This document shows, piece by piece, positions 39,552 to 49,988 of a stretch of 64,000 bases of DNA. Position numbers and translations under genes: made by a program. The stretch is from contig JBHGNT010000002.1 in the NCBI GenBank assembly GCA_043228905.1, positions 13,144,001 to 13,208,000 on the forward strand, read 5' to 3'. Position 1 is the first letter of the stretch. Every line of letters starts with the position of its first letter. Source of the stretch: Azolla caroliniana. Lineage: Eukaryota > Plantae > Polypodiophyta. The notes below the pieces were generated by a model. It saw nothing but the letters and a program-made list of their open reading frames with translations, had not been told where the DNA came from and ran no database searches.

Positions 39552-40067
39552 CCTGGCACGCCCGTGGGACAGGACCTTGTCCGTCGGACCCACGACCTTC
39601 AAAATACTAACAATATTACAAAAATTGCCTTTTAGGCGTGATCCTCGTTTCATTCCTCCTTTAAGATGTCGAGGATGCTTTCGGGGTCCGGGGTGGCAGC
39701 AGGGTGGTCTGGTTGGACTGTTGGTGCGGGGGGTTGAGTTTGGTCCGGGGGTGGCCGATTCTTCTGGTGGGGGTGTGGGTTCGTGGGCGTTGGCCTCTCC
39801 TTCGACAGGCTCTGGTACCGTGTGGACGTCCATGGGATGTCTGTTGGCCGGGGCAAGTTCCTCCTGTGCCGTGTCCGTGATCTCCTCGCTGGGAGGTTCT
39901 TATTTCTGCTCTATGGCCGTTGGAGGGCTGGTGGGGATGGCAGCGAGTCGTTCTCGTTCGAAGGCTTCTGCTTCCAGGCGAAACAACATATGACCGTCAT
40001 TGAAGTCCTCCATTATTTGCTCGATTGCCGCGGTGTGAGATTTTGCCAAGGACTGGTAATCCTCGGT

Positions 40068-41039
40068 TCAATCTGCACGCAGATTTTGAATGCTGGCTTC
40101 GTCCATTTTGTAGAAGTCGCGGCCCTTCTTCCGTCGGTTCTCGACGTCGGCGCGTAAAATATGCAATTCGGCAGCTTGGGCTGCCCATTCGTCTCCTGCG
40201 CGACTTAATGTTTCCTCGACCTTTTTGGTAAGGTGATGGCGCTGTTTCTCGAGCAGTATGCGGATGCGTGTCTCATCCATGCCGGGCTGTGCTCGGATGG
40301 CTGCTAATTCCTGTTTTAAGCCGTCGATCTCGGCCTGAAGCTTCTGTGTCTTTAGCTCATAGATGGTCTGACTGTTCTTTGCATCCGCGGTTACGAGCTG
40401 GAGAGCCTGCTTGTAACGCTTCGTGAGTTCTTCGGTGGCCTGCTCCCGTTCTTTCTGACACGTGGCCCAAATTTGTTCCCGTTCGACGATTCTCTCTTCT
40501 TGTAGGGCGAAGTAGGAATCCGATAAGGCGTCTTTTTGCTTCGAAAGTAGCTTGCACTTGATGAAAAACTCGTCAGCCATCTCTTTAAGGGTCGTCCGCT
40601 GACTCTGCAGCTCGGCATTCTCCGCGTTCATCCTCTCCTCCTGTTCGCGATTTCTTTCCTCCTGCCGCTGGTTCCAATCGTGTGCATTGTCGAGCGCGGC
40701 CTGTAAGTCTAGAACCTCCGTCTCTTTCTTCACCATTGTGGCTGCGTATTCCTCCAACTTGCTTTTGAGTTCGGCTTCCTTGGCCGCGGCTTGCGCTTGT
40801 ACCCGGCCCAATGCTTCGTGTTGCTCGTGTATCCTTTGGTTGGCCTGGGCTCTTATCTCGGCCATATGCTTGGAAGCTTCTTCTTTTAGGCGAGCCATCG
40901 CCTCTTGATGTCGTTGCTCGTGTCTCTCGGTTCGCCGTTGTTCTTCTTTAAGCTCCACACGGTAATCCTGGAGCGGGGGTTCTGTCTGGGTTGCCACCTC
41001 CTTGGTTGGTGCGGTTAGTTTGGGTTGCTCCACGGCCAT
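40068..41039 (-). CDS. Extra (3') ORF of the Tat-like element, long coiled coil; continues from 62381-63563
   Basis: E/K/Q/A-rich heptads; joins ORF 62359-62862 in frame once the chromovirus and one TSD copy are removed. Confidence 0.7.
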   Translation of the reverse strand: MAVEQPKLTAPTKEVATQTEPPLQDYRVELKEEQRRTERHEQRHQEAMARLKEEASKHMAEIRAQANQRIHEQHEALGRVQAQAAAKEAELKSKLEEYAATMVKKETEVLDLQAALDNAHDWNQRQEERNREQEERMNAENAELQSQRTTLKEMADEFFIKCKLLSKQKDALSDSYFALQEERIVEREQIWATCQKEREQATEELTKRYKQALQLVTADAKNSQTIYELKTQKLQAEIDGLKQELAAIRAQPGMDETRIRILLEKQRHHLTKKVEETLSRAGDEWAAQAAELHILRADVENRRKKGRDFYKMDEASIQNLRAD

Positions 41040-41490
41040 TATTAGAGATTAGGTACTAAAGTAAGCATAAAATAAGGACATATCAATGATAGATCTAGAA
41101 AGAATAGAGAGAAAAGAGAGAAAGAAGGGTGCCGATCCACCCGACCACCCCCGAGCGAAGGGATCGAGACGGACTCGAGCCTCGATCGGCGTCCCATACC
41201 ACCGCCTTGGCGTCGAGTCATACCTGGACGATAGCGCGCTTGCTACAAGAGTCGTTCCACTCACGGACAGAGTCTCGACGTAGTCAATGCATGATGAAAT
41301 GAGGGTAGCTAGGCCTCTTATTTATAGTAATTCTCAAGGCCCCCAGCCATGTTCACACTTGGCCTCATGGGTTGTCTCAATCCCGAGGATTAAAAGTAAT
41401 CCTCCCCTTCTTTAGACTCTTTGTTTAACGCTCACACTTATCCACGTGTATAAAATACTACGACAATTCTCACCACGGGATATTATATGG

Positions 41491-44400
41491 TCATGCCCGT
41501 AACATACTCCCCCTCTTTAAAACATTGCACTCTTGCAATGGAAAGTTAGGGAAGTTAGTTGTTAGAGTCGTTTCGCGTTCCCATGTGGCATCTTTGATTG
41601 ATTTATCCATCCATTTTATTTTAAATTCTCGGATTTCCTTAGCACGTAATTTTTTTGTTTTAACATCGAGAATTCTTTCTGGTACATGTGGTTTAGAAGA
41701 TAAATCTTCAGAAGTAACCAGAGTTTCAGTTGTAACTGTATTGTCGCCAGAACCTAGAAGTTCTTTTAGACGACTTACATGAAAGACTGGATGGATTCCA
41801 ACACCATCGGGAAGAGCGAGACGATAGGCTGATGATCCAATGCGTTTGAGGACTGTAAAAGGTCCACAAAACCGTGGGGCTAACTTAGCGCACTTACCCG
41901 TAGACAATGTCTTAGAATTGTGAGGTACACGTAAAAATACCTTCTGTCCAGGGCTGAATACACGAGGTTGCCTGTGATGATCGGCATAAAAACGCGCTCT
42001 ATCTTGAGCTGTTTTTATATTATCCCGTGCAATATGCAACATATCTTGCATATCCCGAAGAAAGTTTTGCGTACTTCGCAACTCATCATGATGTATATTA
42101 AGATCAATCGGGGCTCGTGGCTGAAATCCATACATCAACATAAAAGGACTATATCCCGTCGACGTATGCTTGGAGCTGTTATAAGCAAACTCCAAAATTG
42201 GGAGGTAACGTTCCCATTTTGTTGGTTTTGCACCAACGTATGCTCGAAGCATGTCCTCAATAATTTGATTTACTCGTTCTGTCTGTCCATCGGATTGAGG
42301 ATGATCCGTGGAGCTCATGCTCAACGTAGTTTCTAACTTCTTAAAGACTTGCGTCCAGAAGTCACTAGTAAACTTCGGATCTCGGTCACTCACGATATCC
42401 ATCGGTAACCCGTAAAAACGAAATAACTCATCAACGAATTGGTAAGCCAATTCAGGAGCTGTTACCGTGGTTTTAGTAGCAATAAATCTGGCCATTTTAG
42501 TTAGTCTGTCAACCACAACCCATATGGCATCATGACCTTTTTGGGTGCGAGGAAGGCTAACAATAAAATCCATGGATATACTTTCCCACTTATTATTGGG
42601 AATGTCCAAGGGATGTAAAAGTCCTGCGGCTTTAAGTCGCTCGGCTTTGTTAACCTGACATTGGTGACATTTAGTCACATAGCTATGTATGTCAGGACGC
42701 ATCTTAGGCCAATAAAATTGAGTGGAGATGAGAACGAGTGTACGATGTATTCCAGGGTGCCCTACTGAGGGTGCATCATGGCATTCAAAAAGAATTCTCT
42801 TTTTGACCTCAGGTAAATCTGGAACACAAACCTTCCCATTACGGTAGAGCAGACCGTTAGCAATGTGGAAGTATTCCTTCGAGGGTGTGGTGGTGTCTGT
42901 TCCAGACTCGACTCTTGCCCAGTATTTTGCAAAATAATTGTCATCAGGATACTTTCCTCGAAGGTGATCATAAAGATCTGATGTTATTTCAGTGAAGCTA
43001 AGCATGTTAACTTCACGGATGCGACTTAGTGCATCAGCGACAGTATTCATGGAACCTTTACGATATCGTATGGAAAAATCAAAGTCCTGGATGAGATCAG
43101 CCCATCGTGCCTTACGACCTTTCAGGTCTTGTTGGTCACAAAAATATTTCAAGGACTCGTGGTCCGTAGTTACCACAAAGCGATTTCCATAAAGATAATG
43201 GCGCCATGTTTTGAGCGCATGTATAACCGCAAATAATTCCTTTTCTTGAACGGTATACCGACATTGAGCAGAATCAAGTTTCTTACTCTCGAATGCTATT
43301 GGTTTACCATCTTGATACAAGACAACACCTATAGCATAATCGCTTGCGTCGGTTTCAACCTCAAAAGGTTTTGAAGGATCGGGTAAAAGAAGTGAAAGAG
43401 CCTTGCATACCAAGTCCTTGAGTTCCTTAAAGGCGAGGTCTAGTGTAGCATTCCACACAATAGGTTTTGTAGACTTACGCGTTTGACCTTTTAGAAGATC
43501 AGTAAACGGCGTCGTCAATTGTGAGTAATTACGAAGAGATTTTCGCAAAAATCCGACAAAACCAAGGAATGATCGAACTTCTCGAATATTCCGAAGAGTG
43601 GGCCAAAGCTTGATTTTCTCGATGCGAGAAGGATCAATTTCAACTCCTCGTTCGGTTATGAGATGTCCAAGATAAGTAATTGATTTCTTGAAGAACTCAC
43701 ATTTTGAGATCTTCGCGTAAAATTGTTTGTCACGCAATATTTGTAAAACAAAGCGGACATGTCTAGCATGTTCTTGTAATGTACGGCTATAAACTAAAAT
43801 ATCATCTAAGAAGATAACGACAAATTTTCCAAGTTGTTCTCGGAAAATGTCATTCATTTCTTGTTGAAATGTAGCCGGAGCATTGGTCAAACCAAAAGGC
43901 ATAACCAAAAACTCATAATGGCCGTAGCGCGTACGAAATGCTGTTTTAGGAACATCGTCCTCACTTATTCGTATTTGATGGTAGCCAGTACGGAGATCAA
44001 GTTTCGTAAAATACCGAGCTCCCTGGAGACGGTCAATTAGATCGTCAGCCCGGGGCAATGGGTACGAATTCTTGATCGTCACTTTATTCAAGCGTCGGTA
44101 ATTAATACACATACGCCATGTGCCCTCTTTCTTTTTAACCAAGAGAACTGGTGCACCCCATGGAGATTTACTATAACGTATATAACCCATTCGTAAATAG
44201 TCCTTAAGTTGCTTAGCTACCTCATCCTCTTCAGATCGACTTAGGCGATACGGAGGTATACTAATGGGTGCAATGCCAGGTACAATATCTATACGATGGT
44301 CTATATTACGTTTAGGAGGTAAACCATCGGGTAGTTCACTCGGAAAAACATCACGAAAATCGTTTACGATTTCATCAAGTTGTTTTTGTTCAAAAGATGT

Positions 44401-44888
44401 TAATTGACCCGAGACATTATCGATATTGTAAACGTGAATGTCCGGATCAAGTACACAATAAAATAACGTAGAACAAGACAACTCGGATATTGATGGACAC
44501 GAGGAAACAATCGAGAGGGATTGTTTTGTTACACATTGAATAAAATGCGTACAATCGTTGAGTACAAAAGAAATGGAATGGCGAACCCAATCAATAAATA
44601 AAGAAGAGCTTTTATTATAAAACCAAGGATAACCCAGTATTACATCGGTGGTACTAAGATTCATTACATGGAAGTCTACTTCCACTATATAGGTATCAAT
44701 AGAAATTCCTAAAGAATGAATCGCCCCGTTGATGTGTTGTACTCTTCCATCAGCCAAGTGCACCGTGTAGGTGTGATCACTTACGGTGGGTTGGATTCCC
44801 CATATCTGTACCAAACGATCATTCACAAAATTGTGTGAGCTTCCCGAATCAAATAAAAATTGTACAGGAGATCCATTGATATACCCGT
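41491..44888 (-). CDS. Chromovirus pol (PR, RT, RNase H, INT, chromodomain), separated from gag by an insertion
   Basis: [43 protein letters not shown]...IKW...ATWE. The first ~35 aa of the track ORF derive from the inserted LTR. Confidence 0.93.
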
Positions 44889-44990
44889 TGTCGTAGTGTA
44901 TTTCGTACACTACGTGAAAAAGTAAAAATAATATAACCGATTTAATTACATATAAATAAATAAAATAATATATCAAGATATTTATCACGT

Positions 44991-45060
44991 GCATAGGGCA
45001 GGATTTGAACCCTATACCTCCACGTAGCCAAACCTCAACTTTACCATTATGCTACCTTAT
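44991..45060 (-). ncRNA. tRNA-like Pol III module (A box + B box) inside the LTR; copy at about 47358-47427
   Basis: Minus strand TAGCATAATGG ... about 32 nt ... GGTTCAAATCC, followed by a T-rich tract. Confidence 0.55.
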
Positions 45061-45640
45061 CTTTAGTGTTCTATAAATAGATTTAATAACTATAAGTGCT
45101 TTATTTGCGCCTACCTTTATTAAAAGGTAAATCATGTATTTTTAGAGTGCGTGAATATTTTATAGAAAAACGCAAGCGACTAAAAAGTGACTCATGCACA
45201 TCTAGCGTGCATGAGCACTATATTTAGCAAATAAAAGCAAGGATTAGAAAAGCATCACATGCACATTTAGTGTGCATGAACATATTAGAAAAAAAGCATG
45301 TAGCTATGCTTAGTCTCTCCCATCACTACATAAGGATGGGGAGCACAATGTAATAGGTGTGTGAAAAATATTTGGGAAATTGGATATATTTCCTAAAACA
45401 CCAATTAACAAACTATACTCGTGGGATTCACGAGATTTCTATATCTTTCTCTATCAATCTAAATACATATTCTTACATAAATATTAATCAATAAAATACA
45501 TTATACTTGTGGGATTCACAAGTTTCTAATAATCTACTCATAATTATAATAGTCTCAAATTCTTCCTCCTCCTAGTCCAAAACCCCGGTGGTTCCCACCC
45601 GACTCACGCAACGATCCGGAGCCGAAAGGCACGACACAGT

Positions 45641-45658
45641 TGGTGAACCCGACGTGAA
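45641..45658 (+). promoter_or_regulatory. PBS complementary to the tRNA-Trp 3' end
   Basis: TGGTGAACCCGACGTGAA, 4 nt after LTR-A; matches the recalled plant tRNA-Trp(CCA) 3' end ...TTCACGTCGGGTTCACCA. Confidence 0.8.
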
Positions 45659-45673
45659 GGCGGGTGGCAAGGA

Positions 45674-46040
45674 GATGGAGAATCAACAAGAGGCGATGAA
45701 CATGATGATGATGATGTTCGAGAGAATGCTACAAGAACAACGCGAGATGTCGGAGATCACGACAGTAGTACAACGGCTCGTGCAACAGAACGGGCAATTC
45801 GATGGAAAGGACGTGTCACGCTATCTACGTGACTACAAAATGGAGATGTTGCGATATGGTATCTCAGAAAGATTGCAAGTGTTATCTTTCAACCGGGTGG
45901 CTACGGATGAGCTTCAAGAGAGAATCCACGAGATACGACAACAAAGCCCGATGTGGGAGTCCTTTGAAGAAGCTATACGAGACACATATGACTATCTAAG
46001 ACCGAAGCGGACGAGGACATGGTCCACGAACGGCGGTTAA
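45674..46040 (+). CDS. Truncated gag-like ORF of the Trp-primed element
   Basis: Starts just after the PBS; FDGKDVSRYLRDY...W.SFEEA resembles a gypsy gag N-terminus. Confidence 0.6.
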
Positions 46041-46046
46041 CAGTGG

Positions 46047-47303
46047 GTGAAAAGCGGCCACCGACTACCACCGAAGGAGAGCTTGATGCGGAAGGGTTCG
46101 GAGATGCATGAAAAGTCGCAAGTCGACATTGAAGGGGAGCTTAAAACCGAACCAAAGTCGAGGCCAACAAAGGACGAGGAGGAGGAAGATCGAGGACGAA
46201 AGGGTATCCCCACACCGGTTCCAGAGACTTCGGCGGCTGTGCCCGTGCACCAACGTGAGACTGGAGAGACGGAATGTGTCGGTGGAAAAGTGGAGGACCG
46301 GAAGGGCAACGAGGAAGACAAAGTAAATGAGCACGAACGAAGGGATTCCTTCACCATTGTTTCGGAGACTTCGGTACTGGAGCCCGGGTGTCGACATAAC
46401 ACCGAAGATAAGGAAAGTGGCGGCAACGAAACGAAGGTCGAAGCCGATGCATACGAAGGAGAGATAGCCAAGGAGAACATGGCTATGGGTGAAACAACAG
46501 AAGATGATAATACCGAGGATTCCTACCCACTAATTCTAGAGACTTCGGCGGTTGTGTCCGAGAACCAACGTGAGACCGGAGAGACGGGAGGTGGCAACAA
46601 GGAAGGTAAAGTCGGAAGCCGGTTCGGATGGAAGATGATCCGTCTGAAATTCCGATGTAAACAAAAGCATGACAACGCGAAGGTCGGGTCTACGATGGGA
46701 GAAGCATGTAATACGGAGCACGCACTACGGCACCAAAAGAAGCACGTGCTACGGCGTAAAGAGAAGCACACGCTACGGCGCAAAAAGAAGCACACGCTAC
46801 GGTGCAAAAATAAGCATGCACTACGGGGTAATACGGCGCATGCACTACGATGGAATACGAAGCATGCGCTACGGCCTAATACGACGCATGCGCAACATCG
46901 AGAAATAAAGCATGCATTAAAGCCGCACAAGGACCTAACAGCGAGCGCGTATTCGGAGGTCGACATCGACGCGTGGGTAGAACCTACGGAAGACAAGCGC
47001 GGAGTGGAGAGAGACAACACACCGAGATGCTCAAGAGTACCACAAGGGACCATGACAACCACTCATGGCAATGCAAAGAATGAACAAAGAATATGGTGGA
47101 TCGGATGGCGACAATGGTTCGGGTGGAAAGAATGGGTCTACTCAAAATGGAGAGACAAAGTTGACATAGCGGGACAAATTGAGGATGAAGGGGAGACAAC
47201 GAGCATCGGCAACTTCGGCACATACCGGAGGATGTGCGGGTTCGGAGGGGGCGAGTGTCGTAGTGTATTTCGTACACTACGTGAAAAAGTAAAAATAATA
47301 TAA
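46047..47303 (+). CDS. Unknown repetitive protein, in frame with gag after a single TAA
   Basis: 418 open codons; acidic ETSA..RETGET repeats, about 8 basic 8-aa repeats (KHTLRRKK), Trp-rich tail. Confidence 0.45.
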   Translation: MKSGHRLPPKESLMRKGSEMHEKSQVDIEGELKTEPKSRPTKDEEEEDRGRKGIPTPVPETSAAVPVHQRETGETECVGGKVEDRKGNEEDKVNEHERRDSFTIVSETSVLEPGCRHNTEDKESGGNETKVEADAYEGEIAKENMAMGETTEDDNTEDSYPLILETSAVVSENQRETGETGGGNKEGKVGSRFGWKMIRLKFRCKQKHDNAKVGSTMGEACNTEHALRHQKKHVLRRKEKHTLRRKKKHTLRCKNKHALRGNTAHALRWNTKHALRPNTTHAQHREIKHALKPHKDLTASAYSEVDIDAWVEPTEDKRGVERDNTPRCSRVPQGTMTTTHGNAKNEQRIWWIGWRQWFGWKEWVYSKWRDKVDIAGQIEDEGETTSIGNFGTYRRMCGFGGGECRSVFRTLREKVKII

Positions 47304-48731
47304 CCGATTTAATTACATATAAATAAATAAAATAATATATCAAGATATTTATCACGTGCATAGGGCAGGATTTGAACCCTATACCTCCACATAGCCAAAC
47401 CTCAACTTTACCATTATGCTACCTTATCTTTAATGTTTTATAAATAGATTTAATAACTATAAGTGCTTTATTTGCGCCTACCTTTATTAAAAGGTAAATC
47501 ATGTATTTTTAGAGTGCGTGAATATTTTATAGAAAAACGCAAGCGACTAAAAAGTGACTCATGCACATCTAGCGTGCATGAGCACTATATTTAGCAAATA
47601 AAAGCAAGGATTAGAAAAGCATCACATGCACATTTAGTGTGCATGAACATATTAGAAAAAAAGCATGTAGCTATGCTTAGTCTCTCCCATCACTACATAA
47701 GGATGGGGAGCACAATGTAATAGGTGTGTGAAAAATATTTGGGAAATTGGATATATTTCCTAAAACACCAATTAACAAACTATACTCGTGGGATTCACGA
47801 GATTTCTATATCTTTCTCTATCAATCTAAATACATATTCTTACATAAATATTAATCAATAAAATACATTATACTTGTGGGATTCACAAGTTTCTAATAAT
47901 CTACTCATAATTATAATAGTCTCAAATTCTTCCTCCTCCTAGTCCAAAACCCCGGTGGTTCCCACCCGACTCACGCAACGATCCGGAGCCGAAAGGCACG
48001 ACACAGTTGGTCCTCAACTTTACCATTATGCTACCTTATCTTTAGTGTTCTATAAATAGATTTAATAACTATAAGTGCTTTATTTGCGCCTACCTTTATT
48101 AAAAGGTAAATCATGTATTTTTAGAGTGCGTGAATATTTTATAGAAAAACGCAAGCGACTAAAAAGTGACTCATGCACATCTAGCGTGCATGAGCACTAT
48201 ATTTAGCAAATAAAAGCAAGGATTAGAAAAGCATCACATGCACATTTAGTGTGCATGAACATATTAGAAAAAAAGCATGTAGCTATGCTTAGTCTCTCCC
48301 ATCACTACATAAGGATGGGGAGCACAATGTAATAGTGTGAAAAATATTTGGGAAATTGGATATATTTCCTAAAACACCAACAATCAATAAAATATACTCG
48401 TGGGATTCACGAAGTTTAAGATAATCTATCTCTTTCAATCTAAATTCATATTCTTACATAAATATTGATTAATGTAATACTTGTGGGATTCACAAGGTTT
48501 GATCTCTTTTCTCAATCTACTCTAATCTATTCTAAATTATTTCAATTTATTACTACGATTTAGATAAACTAAAACAATTATACTTGTGGGATTCACAAGT
48601 TTCTATATCTCTTTCTTATAATCTATTCATATTCATAACTAGATTAGCCTCAAATTCTTCCTTCTCCTAGTCCAAAACCCCAGTGGTTCCCACCCGACTC
48701 ACGCAACGATCCGGAGCCGAAAGGCACGACA

Positions 48732-49861
48732 CCGTTTGCACGTAGTAAATCATTGGGACCCAATACATAATGAGGGAAAGAACATTGACAATTACTCAAA
48801 TGATGTGTATAGACCTGAAGGACATTAGGAATCTGACCTTTATGGTCTGTAGCTTTAGGTTTGGCGTCGTGCTCTTTTCGTTGGAGCTTACGACATTGCT
48901 CTTTTGTATGACCCTTCTTTTTGCAGAATACGCAAAAAGGATGTTGTCGCTTATAATCGCGATCCATGAATTCGTTGGGTGTCTTGCGTTTCCCAACGAA
49001 TTGCGACTGCTTAGTCCCGGGCGCTTCGTTGGGTTTGTTATGGTCCTTCTTCGAAGTGCGTTGATAGCGAAGAACTATCTCAACGGCCTCTTCGAAGGAT
49101 TTTGGATCCTTATCGTGCACTATCCAGTGATAGTCCGAATTGGGGATGCCATTGACAAAACAAGCTATTAACCAATTGTCCCCTTCTAGACCCGATTTTT
49201 GGATTTGGGTTCTAGCATGGTGGACATAATCTTCTAGCGAGGAAAACTTCCTGCTAGAGAGGTTCATTAAAGCTTGTGCTGCCTCGGTTCGAGAGGGAGG
49301 TTGTAGAAATTGACCCTTGAAAACTGTGACAAAGTCTGTCCAGGTCTCGGGCAATCTCCCCAAAGTTCGGAGCCCACGCCACCAAGCGGCGGCCTTACCC
49401 CCTAGTTCTCGGCCGACATATGCAATCTTCGTACTATCTGGCATGGGATAGAGCTCAAAATGAGACTCCCATCGGCCCAGCCACGTGCAGATTGCTTCTT
49501 CGGTTCTTTCCTTTTTATCTCCCGTAAATGGCTTTACGACAAATGATGGTTCACCCTGACGCTCATCAGGTCTATTAATCTCATTTTGGAGACTAATGAC
49601 TCGTGCCTCGAGAGCACTTTGAGATTGCCGAAATTCGGTCAACTGCTGCGCGGTTGAACTAAGGAAATGTTGTACTTGTAAAATATACGCCTCAATGGAC
49701 ATTGTCCCAGGAGGATTTCCTTGAGGTCTTTCCGCTTGAGCGGAGGGCATTGGGTCGTTATTCTGAGCCATTGAATGATTATTTCTGGCAAAGAAATAAG
49801 ATAAGGTCAGACAAATAGTCATAACATCTTGTCGTGGTGTAAACATATCATGGGCAAACAT
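48732..49861 (-). CDS. Chromovirus gag (retrotransposon gag domain + CCHC)
   Basis: LGGKAAAWW...TWTDFVTVFKGQF, CVFCKKKGHTKEQC; joins pol in frame when the insertion is removed. Confidence 0.88.
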
Positions 49862-49988
49862 TAATCGATATCATGATCTCACGTCAATACCCCTCTAGAC
49901 GTATGAGATGAGGTTCAAGATCAGGTTACTATGGTAACACAGAGGTGTTTTAAAAACCATGGGGGTGACAAATGAATGCCTTTCCCTG

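Larger units (their letters stand above)
44889..48731 (+). mobile_element. Non-autonomous tRNA-Trp-primed LTR element with three LTRs and a 4-bp TSD
   Basis: LTR-A 44889-45636 and LTR-B 47256-48003 (748 bp, near identical); truncated variant LTR-C 48012-48731; PPT GGAGGGGGCGAG; TSD CCGT at 44885-44888 and 48732-48735, whose removal restores the host frame RANG-YING. Confidence 0.92.

Noticed and set aside
41049-41283. Short ORFs duplicated at 61925-62159
   Set aside because: Inside the chromovirus LTRs.
44889-44994. Hydrophobic N-terminus of the 1167-aa pol ORF
   Set aside because: Antisense read-through of the inserted AT-rich LTR, repeated at 47256-47361.
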